Of a stretch of 64,000 nt of DNA, positions 10,094 through 18,420 are shown piece by piece; position 1 is the first letter of the stretch; each line of letters opens with the position of its first letter. The notes below the pieces were generated by a model. The model searched no databases. It was not told the DNA's origin and worked only from the letters and a program-made list of their open reading frames with translations. A program made the position numbers and the translations under genes. The DNA lies in IMG/VR virus record IMGVR_UViG_3300037504_000149. One strand, written 5' to 3'. Source of the stretch: a virus. Taxonomy: Duplodnaviria > Caudoviricetes.

Positions 10094-10138
10094 AAATCTA
10101 GGGGAAACATCTTAACGGTGTTTCTCCTAGATTTTTTT
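10094..10138 (+). terminator. Rho-independent terminator
   Basis: AAATCTAGGGGAAACATC-TTAAC-GGTGTTTCTCCTAGATTT hairpin plus T-run. Confidence 0.8.
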
Positions 10139-10195
10139 ATAAAAACGTGCTATAATTGCTATGTTGAGTCGGCAACAATATACGGAGGTAGTATT

Positions 10196-10612
10196 ATGCT
10201 CGTAACAATAGAAGATACAACTTATAAACCTTATGACGTACTTCAACTAAGTGATGGCTTCGCACAACTACTAGGCGACTATGGAACTTTATATTTAGCT
10301 TCCTCACCGGAAGCAGCAGGTAAAGAAGTAGAACGCATGATTAGAGGATTGTTAGCTGAGAATCCATTACGTTTCGCTTACAATTATGGATTGAGACCTG
10401 TATTACGTTGGGCAGAAAACCAACCTGCGTCATTCGGTCGCAAAGAATATAATAATTTAACAGAGTGGATGGAAGGGCTTAAGAGTAAACCTCAAGAGTT
10501 TTGGGACTCAGATGGTAGAGTTAGACGATTAGATCATGTTGATGAAGATATATTAGCTATAATAGACTTCGAACCTACGGTGGTGTATTTAGATGAAATT
10601 ATATGCCAGTGA
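10196..10612 (+). CDS. Hypothetical protein
   Basis: GGAGG RBS before ATG. Confidence 0.55.
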   Translation: MLVTIEDTTYKPYDVLQLSDGFAQLLGDYGTLYLASSPEAAGKEVERMIRGLLAENPLRFAYNYGLRPVLRWAENQPASFGRKEYNNLTEWMEGLKSKPQEFWDSDGRVRRLDHVDEDILAIIDFEPTVVYLDEIICQ

Positions 10613-11222
10613 TTATGCAAGATGGATGTTGTATGGATTAGATACACTTTATCATCCGTGGCGAGATTTAGTGAATGAAGTTGGTTTAACTTACAGAACA
10701 TTAAATAATTTGTATTACAAAAAAAGTAAGCGCACAAGAGATACAACAATAAGTAAACTTAAGACCTTTACCTTAGAAAAAAATCTTCCTTATGCTGCTG
10801 CGTATGGGATGTATTTAGACAAGCATAATAAGGTTAATGAATCTATAAATAGGTTAATGAAGTCTGATACTTCATCTCGTATACCTCGTATAATTACATA
10901 CACTACTGGTGAAGAATGTTGGGTATTAATATCTACTGGTCTACTTAGTACAGATGTAGAAGTAGAAGTAGGTGACCAAGGTGAAGGATGTATTTATGGT
11001 GCAGTATATGGAGACGTTTGTGCGGCTGTTGCATCAGAAGATAACCAACAAGTTGTACAAGGTAAATTATCATATGATTTAGATGCAGATGAGTTAACAG
11101 TTACTTTACCAGATGATATTTGGTCTATATTCGAAAACGCTGATAGTCTAACTATGATAAAAAGTTGGCTAGAAATTATGTTTTTACACTTGACAGGCAG
11201 CGGAAAATCTGCTATAACGTAG
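10593..11222 (+). CDS. Hypothetical protein, possible N-terminal HTH
   Basis: DLVNEVGLTYRTLNNLY is HTH-like. Confidence 0.45.
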   Translation: MKLYASDYARWMLYGLDTLYHPWRDLVNEVGLTYRTLNNLYYKKSKRTRDTTISKLKTFTLEKNLPYAAAYGMYLDKHNKVNESINRLMKSDTSSRIPRIITYTTGEECWVLISTGLLSTDVEVEVGDQGEGCIYGAVYGDVCAAVASEDNQQVVQGKLSYDLDADELTVTLPDDIWSIFENADSLTMIKSWLEIMFLHLTGSGKSAIT

Positions 11223-11299
11223 TTGTTGCGGGTGAAGAAGAACTCATATATTCGTTTGGTCGATAGGCGAATATAATTCCATTTCACCACCCACAAAAC

Positions 11300-11328
11300 T
11301 TGAAATTGAAGCTTCGATGTGTTATACT
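11300..11328 (+). promoter_or_regulatory. Sigma70 promoter upstream of the TnpB/Cas12-like gene
   Basis: TTGAAA-17-TATACT with extended TG; a second TTGACA-17-TATAAC at 11190-11218. Confidence 0.75.
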
Positions 11329-11333
11329 GTTTT

Positions 11334-11600
11334 CAGTGGCTGGCGCGGTGGTGACGACTAACCTCCAGTCATTGAACGGGGATGGGACGCCTCCCCACAT
11401 ACGAGACCCCTCTTGGTAGGTTTTTTGGTAAAAGACCGAGGTAAGGGCTTTCTCCTACAACACTCAAGACGATCCTGGATGAGAGTGTAAACAAGAGTGG
11501 AGTCTGCTACCTGACGAGGTAGTCACAAAGTAGGGTAGCTCCCTCGCCTCCCCCTAGAGTACGGCCATATTCTAGGGGGAGGAGAATAAAAGAGAAGACT
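11334..11600 (+). ncRNA. Structured leader/ncRNA candidate upstream of the nuclease gene
   Basis: ORF-free ~300 nt between promoter and ATG with consecutive hairpins (CAGTGGCTGG/CCAGTCATTG; ACACTC/GAGTGT; CCTCCCCCTAGAGTA/TATTCTAGGGGGAGG). Confidence 0.45.
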
Positions 11601-11637
11601 ATACAAGGACGGGAAACTGCTACTGAAAGATCGGACA

Positions 11638-12876
11638 ATGGATCTAGTTGAAAAAATTAGGCTGTTCCCTACCGAGGAACAAAACAAGCAACTCCGAGAG
11701 TTGGCTGCGTTCTGTCGTGACGCGGCAAACTACATCTCGGAGTTTATCTATACACATCGTTTGCGCTCCAAGGGTGTAGGGACGCTCTACAAACCGGATT
11801 GGGAAACGCGAGCTGCAAAAGATGATCCAGACGCCGTTTCACTTTATAAGGTATTGTGCAGTGCTTTCGATTTTAGTGGCAAGAAGTCTCTAGCCACCGC
11901 GATTATTCAAAGGGTAAAATCATCCTATAAGTCCACCAACGCACGAAACATCACACAAGGGGATGCCTTTTATCGGGCAGGTAAGGCGAAGTATCGTCAA
12001 TTGAAGAAAGATGGAATAAAAGGGGAAACACTTAAGGCTGCTGCTAAGCTTACTCAAGAAGAAAAGAACGAGATAGCTGAACGGTATGGCATGACAAAGC
12101 CGCTCAGCTTCAATCCCTTTATTCCTACCCTAAAACAGAATACTAAATGGAAGGAAAACACAGTCAGTTTCTTCGGTATCTCAAGTATACCTTTTGCGTC
12201 TCGACTGGAAAACATAGAGTCTCGTGACGCGATTGTTAAGCTCAACAAAAACAACAAGTGGCTGCTACACCTTCCCGTAGAGACCTCCGAAGAGGAAGTT
12301 TACGAACCTGCTGGTTGGTTGGGAGTAGATGTCGGACTGGCAAACCTGGCTGTCACCTCTGAGGGCACGGTCTATTATGGCGGTGAGAACCGTCGCCGTG
12401 GTGAAACACGGTTCAAGCAACGTCAGCGGATGCAGAAGAAGGGTACTAAATCCGCGAAGCGTAGACTGAAAGCTCTTTCCGAGAAAGAAACAAGGTGGCG
12501 AAAAAATCTCTGCCACGAGATCAGCACCGCTATCGTCCGACGTGCGAAAGAGCTTCGCTATGGTGTAGCGGTAGAAACGCTGAAAAACATTCGGCGAAAC
12601 GTGAGACAATCGAGGAAGCTGAATCGTCAGCTTCACGGTAGTTTTCCTTTTGGTATGCTTCTTTCCATGCTAGAATATAAAGCAGAGAAAGAGGGTGTAC
12701 CATTCCAGAAAGTGGATCCTAAAAATACCTCCAGGACGTGTCCAAAGTGTGAATATGTAGCAGAGAAAAACAGAATTAGCCGTACACACTTTAAATGTGT
12801 GGAATGCGGCTACAAAAACTACGCAGACCATGTGGCGGCAACTAACATTTCTCGGATAGCAGAAACCGGGATATAA
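11638..12876 (+). CDS. CRISPR-associated TnpB-family / compact type V (Cas12f/Cas12n-sized) RNA-guided nuclease
   Basis: N-terminal KIRLFPTEEQ (OrfB-like); RuvC-I GVDVG, RuvC-II AVETL, Zn finger CPKC...CVEC, RuvC-III ADHVAATNI; directly upstream of a CRISPR array. Confidence 0.9.
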   Translation: MDLVEKIRLFPTEEQNKQLRELAAFCRDAANYISEFIYTHRLRSKGVGTLYKPDWETRAAKDDPDAVSLYKVLCSAFDFSGKKSLATAIIQRVKSSYKSTNARNITQGDAFYRAGKAKYRQLKKDGIKGETLKAAAKLTQEEKNEIAERYGMTKPLSFNPFIPTLKQNTKWKENTVSFFGISSIPFASRLENIESRDAIVKLNKNNKWLLHLPVETSEEEVYEPAGWLGVDVGLANLAVTSEGTVYYGGENRRRGETRFKQRQRMQKKGTKSAKRRLKALSEKETRWRKNLCHEISTAIVRRAKELRYGVAVETLKNIRRNVRQSRKLNRQLHGSFPFGMLLSMLEYKAEKEGVPFQKVDPKNTSRTCPKCEYVAEKNRISRTHFKCVECGYKNYADHVAATNISRIAETGI

Positions 12877-12883
12877 TGTTGGT

Positions 12884-13020
12884 GGCGTCGGGGCGTAGGG
12901 AGACGCCCATACAGCGGAGACGAGATCCGAACTGATGGCGTAGCACAGACGATAGGATCACTTGAGTCTACTGCTGAGCACAGCACTACTTTTCGAGAGC
13001 CTTCTGGTGACATAGAAGGC
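12884..13020 (+). ncRNA. Putative tracrRNA (omegaRNA-like scaffold)
   Basis: Hairpin GGGCGT-AGGGAG-ACGCCC whose loop is complementary to the repeat end CTCCC; long stem 12912-12976; anti-repeat GCACAGCAC 12978-12986; closing hairpin GCCTTCT/AGAAGGC. Confidence 0.7.
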
Positions 13021-13025
13021 CGGGA

Positions 13026-13166
13026 GGTTCTCGAAAAGGTATATTGTTGATAGTAGGATAGTTACGGCAAGGGTGCGTTTTCTAGTACATTTCTCGGGGC
13101 CTGAAAGTGGGGGTTCTCGAAAAGGTGAAAATAAACCTAGTAATATCAACAAGTTAAAAGACTGGG
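13026..13166 (+). promoter_or_regulatory. CRISPR leader with IHF-like site and direct repeats
   Basis: GGTTCTCGAAAAGGT at 13026 and 13112; TATCAACAAGTTA (13144-13156) matches the IHF consensus WATCAANNNNTTR. Confidence 0.65.
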
Positions 13167-13983
13167 GTTTTAACGACTTCTGCGGTGTGCTTGTGCATCT
13201 CCCTGGTAGCTTCTTGGGGTTTTTGTATCGTTTCGGAAGTTTTAACGACTTCTGCGGTGTGCTTGTGCATCTCCCTACAAAATACATCATCGGTTGGCCT
13301 AAGTTGTCCTTCTGTTTTAACGACTTCTGCGGTGTGCTTGTGCATCTCCCTATATAGAAATCATGAACTCAGGAGGTTCACTATGAGTTTTAACGACTTC
13401 TGCGGTGTGCTTGTGCATCTCCCATACTGCATCGACCAGACACGCCTACCCTATCATTAGTTTTAACGACTTCTGCGGTGTGCTTGTGCATCTCCCTATT
13501 GGTAGTGAGACAGTGGACAAGGCCATAAATGGCCGTTTTAACGACTTCTGCGGTGTGCTTGTGCATCTCCCATACCATTGAGCCTGATCTGGTAGTGCTA
13601 TGCCTCATTGTTTTAACGACTTCTGCGGTGTGCTTGTGCATCTCCCAGCATAGTAAACCTCCTGAGTTCATGATTTCTATATAGTTTTAACGACTTCTGC
13701 GGTGTGTTCGTGCATCTCCCCTGCTGCTACATCGGTCCTAACACAGATCAAAGGGAGTTTTAACGACTTCTGCGGTGTGTTCGTGCATCTCCCCTGCTGC
13801 TACATCGGTCCTAACACAGATCAAAGGGAGTTTTAACGACTTCTGCGGTGTGTTCGTGCATCTTCCTATAGTAGAGAGTAGAAAGTTACATACATGGTCT
13901 CGGGTTTTAACGACTTCTGTGGTGTGTTTGTGCATCTCCCACCCTTCGCCATACACCTTCCGCAAAGTGTTTGTGTATCTCCC
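13167..13983 (+). CRISPR. CRISPR array: 11 full 37-bp repeats GTTTTAACGACTTCTGCGGTGTGCTTGTGCATCTCCC plus a terminal half repeat; 35-38-bp spacers
   Basis: Repeats start at 13167, 13239, 13314, 13387, 13460, 13535, 13610, 13684, 13757, 13830, 13904; partial repeat 13967-13983; degeneration at the right end; spacers 8 and 9 identical; last spacer shortened to 26 bp. Confidence 0.98.
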
Positions 13984-14011
13984 AGCCCTCTCACCCATCC
14001 CAAGGAACGAT

Positions 14012-14905
14012 ATGTCTCTTCGACGATTAGGTATCTACCATAGAGTAGATAATGATGGTTTTGCTTGTGCTGCTATTCTGCGGCATAGGTTTCCCTCCAT
14101 CGATCTTTTTGGGATGAATTATGGGGATGAAGAACCCCATTTCATTGAAGATTATGATCAGGTTTACATAGCTGATTTTTCTCTCCCCCCCAAGAGGATG
14201 CAGCATCTAAATTCATTAACTGAGATGCATTGGATCGATCATCATCAAACAGCTATAAATGATTGCAAAGATCTAGATTTACTAGGTTTACGTAAAATAG
14301 GAGAAGGTGCTTGTTCTCTCCTTTGGCAGTATTTATATCCTCACTACCCTGTACCTGAAGCTATACAGCTCATCTCAGACTATGATGTGTGGAATTTATC
14401 TGATACGGTTATACACTTTCAGTATGGTTTACGTCTGATGGGGGATATACGCTTAGCTGATGAAATTCCTGAGTTCGAAGGAACAGCTACTAAGGAGTGG
14501 CTAGATTACCAAAACCTCTCGTACTTTTGGGAAAACCTTCTCAGAGGCTCTCAGAGCCTCATAGACAGCTTAAAAGACGAAGGCAGTGTCGTATACCGTT
14601 ATGTACGCTCACAGCTTTCTAAAGCCATTAAACGGGGCGTAGCGATGTCCTTTCACGGACACGACGCCCTTTTTGTTATGACACCTGACAACCCCTCCCT
14701 TATGGCAGAACTGTGGAAAGATTATGATGTTTGCATCAAAGCTTTCTATGACCTTTCTGCTTCAAAGTGGAGGCACACCTTATTCTCCCACCCCGGCGGT
14801 CCTAATGTAGGTAAGCTAGCTAAGAAATACGGTGGGGGCGGGCACGAGCATTGTGCTGGGTTTATGTGGGATCACTTGGCGCTACATAAGAAACTAGCTG
14901 AGTAA
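14012..14905 (+). CDS. DHH/DHHA1 family phosphoesterase
   Basis: YHRVDNDGF, IADFS, WIDHH, GGGGHEHCAGF motifs; real start after the array. Confidence 0.9.
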   Translation: MSLRRLGIYHRVDNDGFACAAILRHRFPSIDLFGMNYGDEEPHFIEDYDQVYIADFSLPPKRMQHLNSLTEMHWIDHHQTAINDCKDLDLLGLRKIGEGACSLLWQYLYPHYPVPEAIQLISDYDVWNLSDTVIHFQYGLRLMGDIRLADEIPEFEGTATKEWLDYQNLSYFWENLLRGSQSLIDSLKDEGSVVYRYVRSQLSKAIKRGVAMSFHGHDALFVMTPDNPSLMAELWKDYDVCIKAFYDLSASKWRHTLFSHPGGPNVGKLAKKYGGGGHEHCAGFMWDHLALHKKLAE

Positions 14906-14934
14906 CACCTTTACAAAGTGGGGTAAATCTTCCT

Positions 14935-15510
14935 ATGTTCTCCGGTCATAAAAAAGATTACACAAACCTAGATATATATCAATTTAGGTATTATCCAGCG
15001 TATCACCAACAACTTATTAAGTGGTTTAATCAAGAAAATTCTTCAATGTTACGTGCTACTCTGCGTACTTTTGATCAGATTAGACAAGAATGGGCGTTGT
15101 ATAGTAGTTTACCTCAAACTCAAGGTACTACAATAGTAGAAAGATTATATCATAGGCAATACATATATACTAAAAAATATTTATTTTCAAGATTTAATAA
15201 TGATATAGCGCGTAAATTAAACTATGTCAATAATAAATGCTATAGAGAAAGTGTATGGAAACTATATGCGTTCCAAAAATCACTAACAGAAAAGAAATTG
15301 CATAGATTAAATAACTTTGAACGTAGACTAAATCACGAACGTCTAGCGGCTGAAGTCTATCGTGAGCTTGAAGAAGTAAACCCCTCACATCCTTTACTGG
15401 TAGTTAATGGTCATAGTGTATTTAAAGCAATACAACAATCTATGACAACTATAACTGAGATTATAGTTAAGTTAAAGGAAGAGTTGGAGGCTACAGATGA
15501 GTTGGTTTAA
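14935..15510 (+). CDS. Hypothetical protein
   Basis: 191-aa ORF in + strand chain. Confidence 0.5.
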   Translation: MFSGHKKDYTNLDIYQFRYYPAYHQQLIKWFNQENSSMLRATLRTFDQIRQEWALYSSLPQTQGTTIVERLYHRQYIYTKKYLFSRFNNDIARKLNYVNNKCYRESVWKLYAFQKSLTEKKLHRLNNFERRLNHERLAAEVYRELEEVNPSHPLLVVNGHSVFKAIQQSMTTITEIIVKLKEELEATDELV

Positions 15511-15877
15511 CAAAACTAAAATAGAGATAATTGAGAGAGAACTACGGCATGCTCTGAAAAAGCGTCGTAAATATCCTCACCTAACACAAACAGCTATCGA
15601 TAAGGATTCTAGTAAGTATAGTTTCTATACGCGCTTAAGTACCTTTCTAGAACAGGAATTATTGTTAGCTAAATTGGAAATGGCGGATGATGTTATAAAT
15701 CTGAGGGAGAAGGTTAACAAGTGTGGTAAATGTGACACCAAGCCGGAGTTACATCACGCTGAAGGGTACTTTCAACTCATATGTCCTGTCTGCGGTAAAC
15801 GTACAAAACCATCCCATGTTAGGATGGTTGCGTTCCATCTTTGGGATAATGGACAATTTAGTCGCTTTGATAAATGA
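15497..15877 (+). CDS. Zinc-ribbon protein (Lar-like C-terminus)
   Basis: CGKC...CPVCG...WD pattern. Confidence 0.5.
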   Translation: MSWFNKTKIEIIERELRHALKKRRKYPHLTQTAIDKDSSKYSFYTRLSTFLEQELLLAKLEMADDVINLREKVNKCGKCDTKPELHHAEGYFQLICPVCGKRTKPSHVRMVAFHLWDNGQFSRFDK

Positions 15878-18338
15878 AGTAGGTACGAGAAGCTGTTACT
15901 CCTTCACGCTCGCGTATAGCGTCTTGGAGTTGGTTATATATTTCACGTATTACATGACCATCATAATATCTACCCAATTGATGTGATATAGCCGCAGATA
16001 AGTTCTGTAGGTAATTTACATCTAATCCTGATATTATACAAGGTAAATTACTACGAAAGACATCGTTAGATGCTTTTATGTCAATCAATTGACATTGTAA
16101 CAACATTTCTACTACTTCATTGTAGTTTGTTGTATTACCCCCAAATGCCTGTAGGAAGTCGTCGCAAGTAATTCCACTAATCAAATTATCTACTTTACTC
16201 TGTAGAGTATCTTGATTTATAAATTCTGTAAGAAAGTCTATAGCGAGTACAAGTAGATATATATTATCACTATCTTCTATACTACTAATCTGTGAGGGAG
16301 ATGGAGTGTATACTTTTTTACTTGCAGCTCTAAATAAAATAGGTATACTTGCAGGAACTCCAGCTAATTTCATATTAGAGACAGGTAGTTCTATATTTTG
16401 TATTGTTCCAAGTACAGTATCGGTACTTGGTGTAGTTTGAAAGAAAGTGTCTAAATCTACTTCTCTATCTCCGTCATCGGCAGATATTTGAACAGTAAAT
16501 GCAATATCGTCTGGTGTATTACCATATTCAGTTTCAATATCGTATACACCAGAATCATAAAGACGATCAAGTTTATCTATAATGTCAAATCCTGTCAGTA
16601 ATCTGTAAGAAAATTTAAATGAAGGATCAGTTAACATCTCTACTACTTGATTGCACGCATTATCTCTAATAGACTCATATGATCCGTCATCTTCCTCACG
16701 TGCATTTTTATAGTTATTATAAATATACTCCAACGCATCTCCATAATGCTCCGGCAAATTTTGTTCTACGTATTTCCAAGTTTCATGATGTAGTCCTGCA
16801 AATAGCGTGTATAAACTAGCGTCTATACCACCCTTAGTTTCAGATGGTAATGTAGAAAATACTCCTGCTGATCCTTTTATAATATCTGCTAACTCAACTA
16901 AACCGTCTATAGTTTCAGGTTGCTCGTGGGGGTCTCTATAAATGGTATGTTCAAAGTTTGGTGTAGAATCTAAAGATACGTTAAGTATAATCTTAGAAAA
17001 TAGGTGCGAAAGAGAGGTGGGTGATATATTTATCAACCTTCCGCAGTTTAAAAAAGCTGAAAGATGTTCATCGGTATCAATCGCATCTGAAATAATCATT
17101 TCGGTGTAACCAGGTAGATTGCCCTCGTGTTCACTAATATTTGTAAGCAATATATCATAGAATTCAGGATACTCTGCTAAGCGTTCCACCAAGCCCTCAT
17201 CCTCTAATATCGTGTCTGTATAGTCAACGTCTTGTAAGTAATCTAATAATGTATCATCAGATAATTCATAAAAGTCCATAGTTTCTTTTAGGTCAGGTGT
17301 AGGCGCGTCAGTGTATTCATCTAGTAAATCAGCAATATCTTGATCATCTATAGTGATAGGTGCATTTCTAGGATCGTGAAATTCATTTGTATCTGGAGAC
17401 CAAACTGCTATAAGCTCACTATTTTCGAATACTAAATATACGCCAGTTTCGGCATATCGTCTATTATGTGTTCTATTATTCGAGAAGCATAAATCAGAAC
17501 CTTGTGAAAAATACCATAGAGCTGCTTTGCTGGCTTCATCTTCACCTTGAACATAAATTATACGATAAGGATCGGGTACATTAAATTCTTTATAGCTGTC
17601 GGGTTGTGGTTCTACTCTAAATAAATCTATATCCATTAATGAGGCAATATCTTCACCAAACTTTTCAATAAAATCAGAAATTTTAACTGTACGTCCTGTA
17701 GGATCGATAATTACATCTCTACTATCTATGTATAAATAGTTACCTTCGTTAGATTCATAAACATGAACCATACCTTCGTCACCTAAATAATCATCCGCAA
17801 TTCCTGGCTTTCCTTTACACTTCCAACCAGTACCTCTACTAAAATATAGTAATGCGTCAATATTCTCTACACTAAATACACCATCTCCTAATTCCTCAAT
17901 ACCTTCTTCTATTAATCTTTGTTGTTCTTCTGATATAGATTCTCCTGTTTCACCTTGTGACGATGCATTCAAAGCAATTTCTTGTAACTGTAAAAGGTTA
18001 AATTGATTAATATCTTTAGGATTATCTATTTCTGGGTATAATTCATTTACATATTCTGCCCAAGCTGTCTTGTTTTTCATTTTATGGAAAAATTCTAATA
18101 CGTCTTTAATTTCTTCATTAGGTAGATCTAAACCACCCATGCTGTATACTTGCTTCAATAACCATAAAGTATAACTATAATCTTCACCAGTAGGATCAGT
18201 TGCATTAGCATCTAGAACTAACTGATGAGCTTCCTCTTCATCTAATCCCCGCTTCACTAAGATATTAGTTATATCTTCTTCGGGATTCTCAAATCGGCCT
18301 AAATAAATAAAATCAGATTCGTAGACAAATTTAATCAT
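15858..18338 (-). CDS. Large acidic protein, possible virion internal protein
   Basis: 826-aa ORF; internal repeat ALLYFSRGTGWKC / ALWYFSQGSDLC; one of only two clear minus-strand genes; TGGTATAAT upstream on the minus strand. Confidence 0.7.
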   Translation of the reverse strand: MIKFVYESDFIYLGRFENPEEDITNILVKRGLDEEEAHQLVLDANATDPTGEDYSYTLWLLKQVYSMGGLDLPNEEIKDVLEFFHKMKNKTAWAEYVNELYPEIDNPKDINQFNLLQLQEIALNASSQGETGESISEEQQRLIEEGIEELGDGVFSVENIDALLYFSRGTGWKCKGKPGIADDYLGDEGMVHVYESNEGNYLYIDSRDVIIDPTGRTVKISDFIEKFGEDIASLMDIDLFRVEPQPDSYKEFNVPDPYRIIYVQGEDEASKAALWYFSQGSDLCFSNNRTHNRRYAETGVYLVFENSELIAVWSPDTNEFHDPRNAPITIDDQDIADLLDEYTDAPTPDLKETMDFYELSDDTLLDYLQDVDYTDTILEDEGLVERLAEYPEFYDILLTNISEHEGNLPGYTEMIISDAIDTDEHLSAFLNCGRLINISPTSLSHLFSKIILNVSLDSTPNFEHTIYRDPHEQPETIDGLVELADIIKGSAGVFSTLPSETKGGIDASLYTLFAGLHHETWKYVEQNLPEHYGDALEYIYNNYKNAREEDDGSYESIRDNACNQVVEMLTDPSFKFSYRLLTGFDIIDKLDRLYDSGVYDIETEYGNTPDDIAFTVQISADDGDREVDLDTFFQTTPSTDTVLGTIQNIELPVSNMKLAGVPASIPILFRAASKKVYTPSPSQISSIEDSDNIYLLVLAIDFLTEFINQDTLQSKVDNLISGITCDDFLQAFGGNTTNYNEVVEMLLQCQLIDIKASNDVFRSNLPCIISGLDVNYLQNLSAAISHQLGRYYDGHVIREIYNQLQDAIREREGVTASRTYFIYQSD

Positions 18339-18420
18339 TGAAATTCCTTTAAAATTCTGCTATACTAGTGGCGTGGTCACGTAACAATTATACCATAAAA
18401 CACTTCACAAAAGGAACTTT

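Noticed and set aside
11638-12876. Nuclease-dead TnpB (TldR/Cas12m-like repressor), suggested by the RBS-targeting spacers
   Set aside because: All three RuvC acidic residues appear intact, so nothing in the sequence supports loss of catalysis.
11300-13020. Ordinary IS200/IS605 element that landed beside an array by chance
   Set aside because: No tnpA is present, and the downstream RNA is complementary to the CRISPR repeat, which argues for coupling.
13204-13966. Spacers targeting other parts of this window
   Set aside because: I found no match by eye apart from the spacer 3/7 pair; an exhaustive search was not possible.
13167-13983. Array transcribed from the minus strand (repeat ending ...TTAAAAC)
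   Set aside because: The leader/IHF site is on the left, degenerate repeats are on the right, and the tracr pairing works for the + strand transcript.
12958-14011. ORFs across the array, including the N-terminal extension of the DHH gene
   Set aside because: These are translations of CRISPR repeats; the DHH gene has its own RBS and ATG at 14012.
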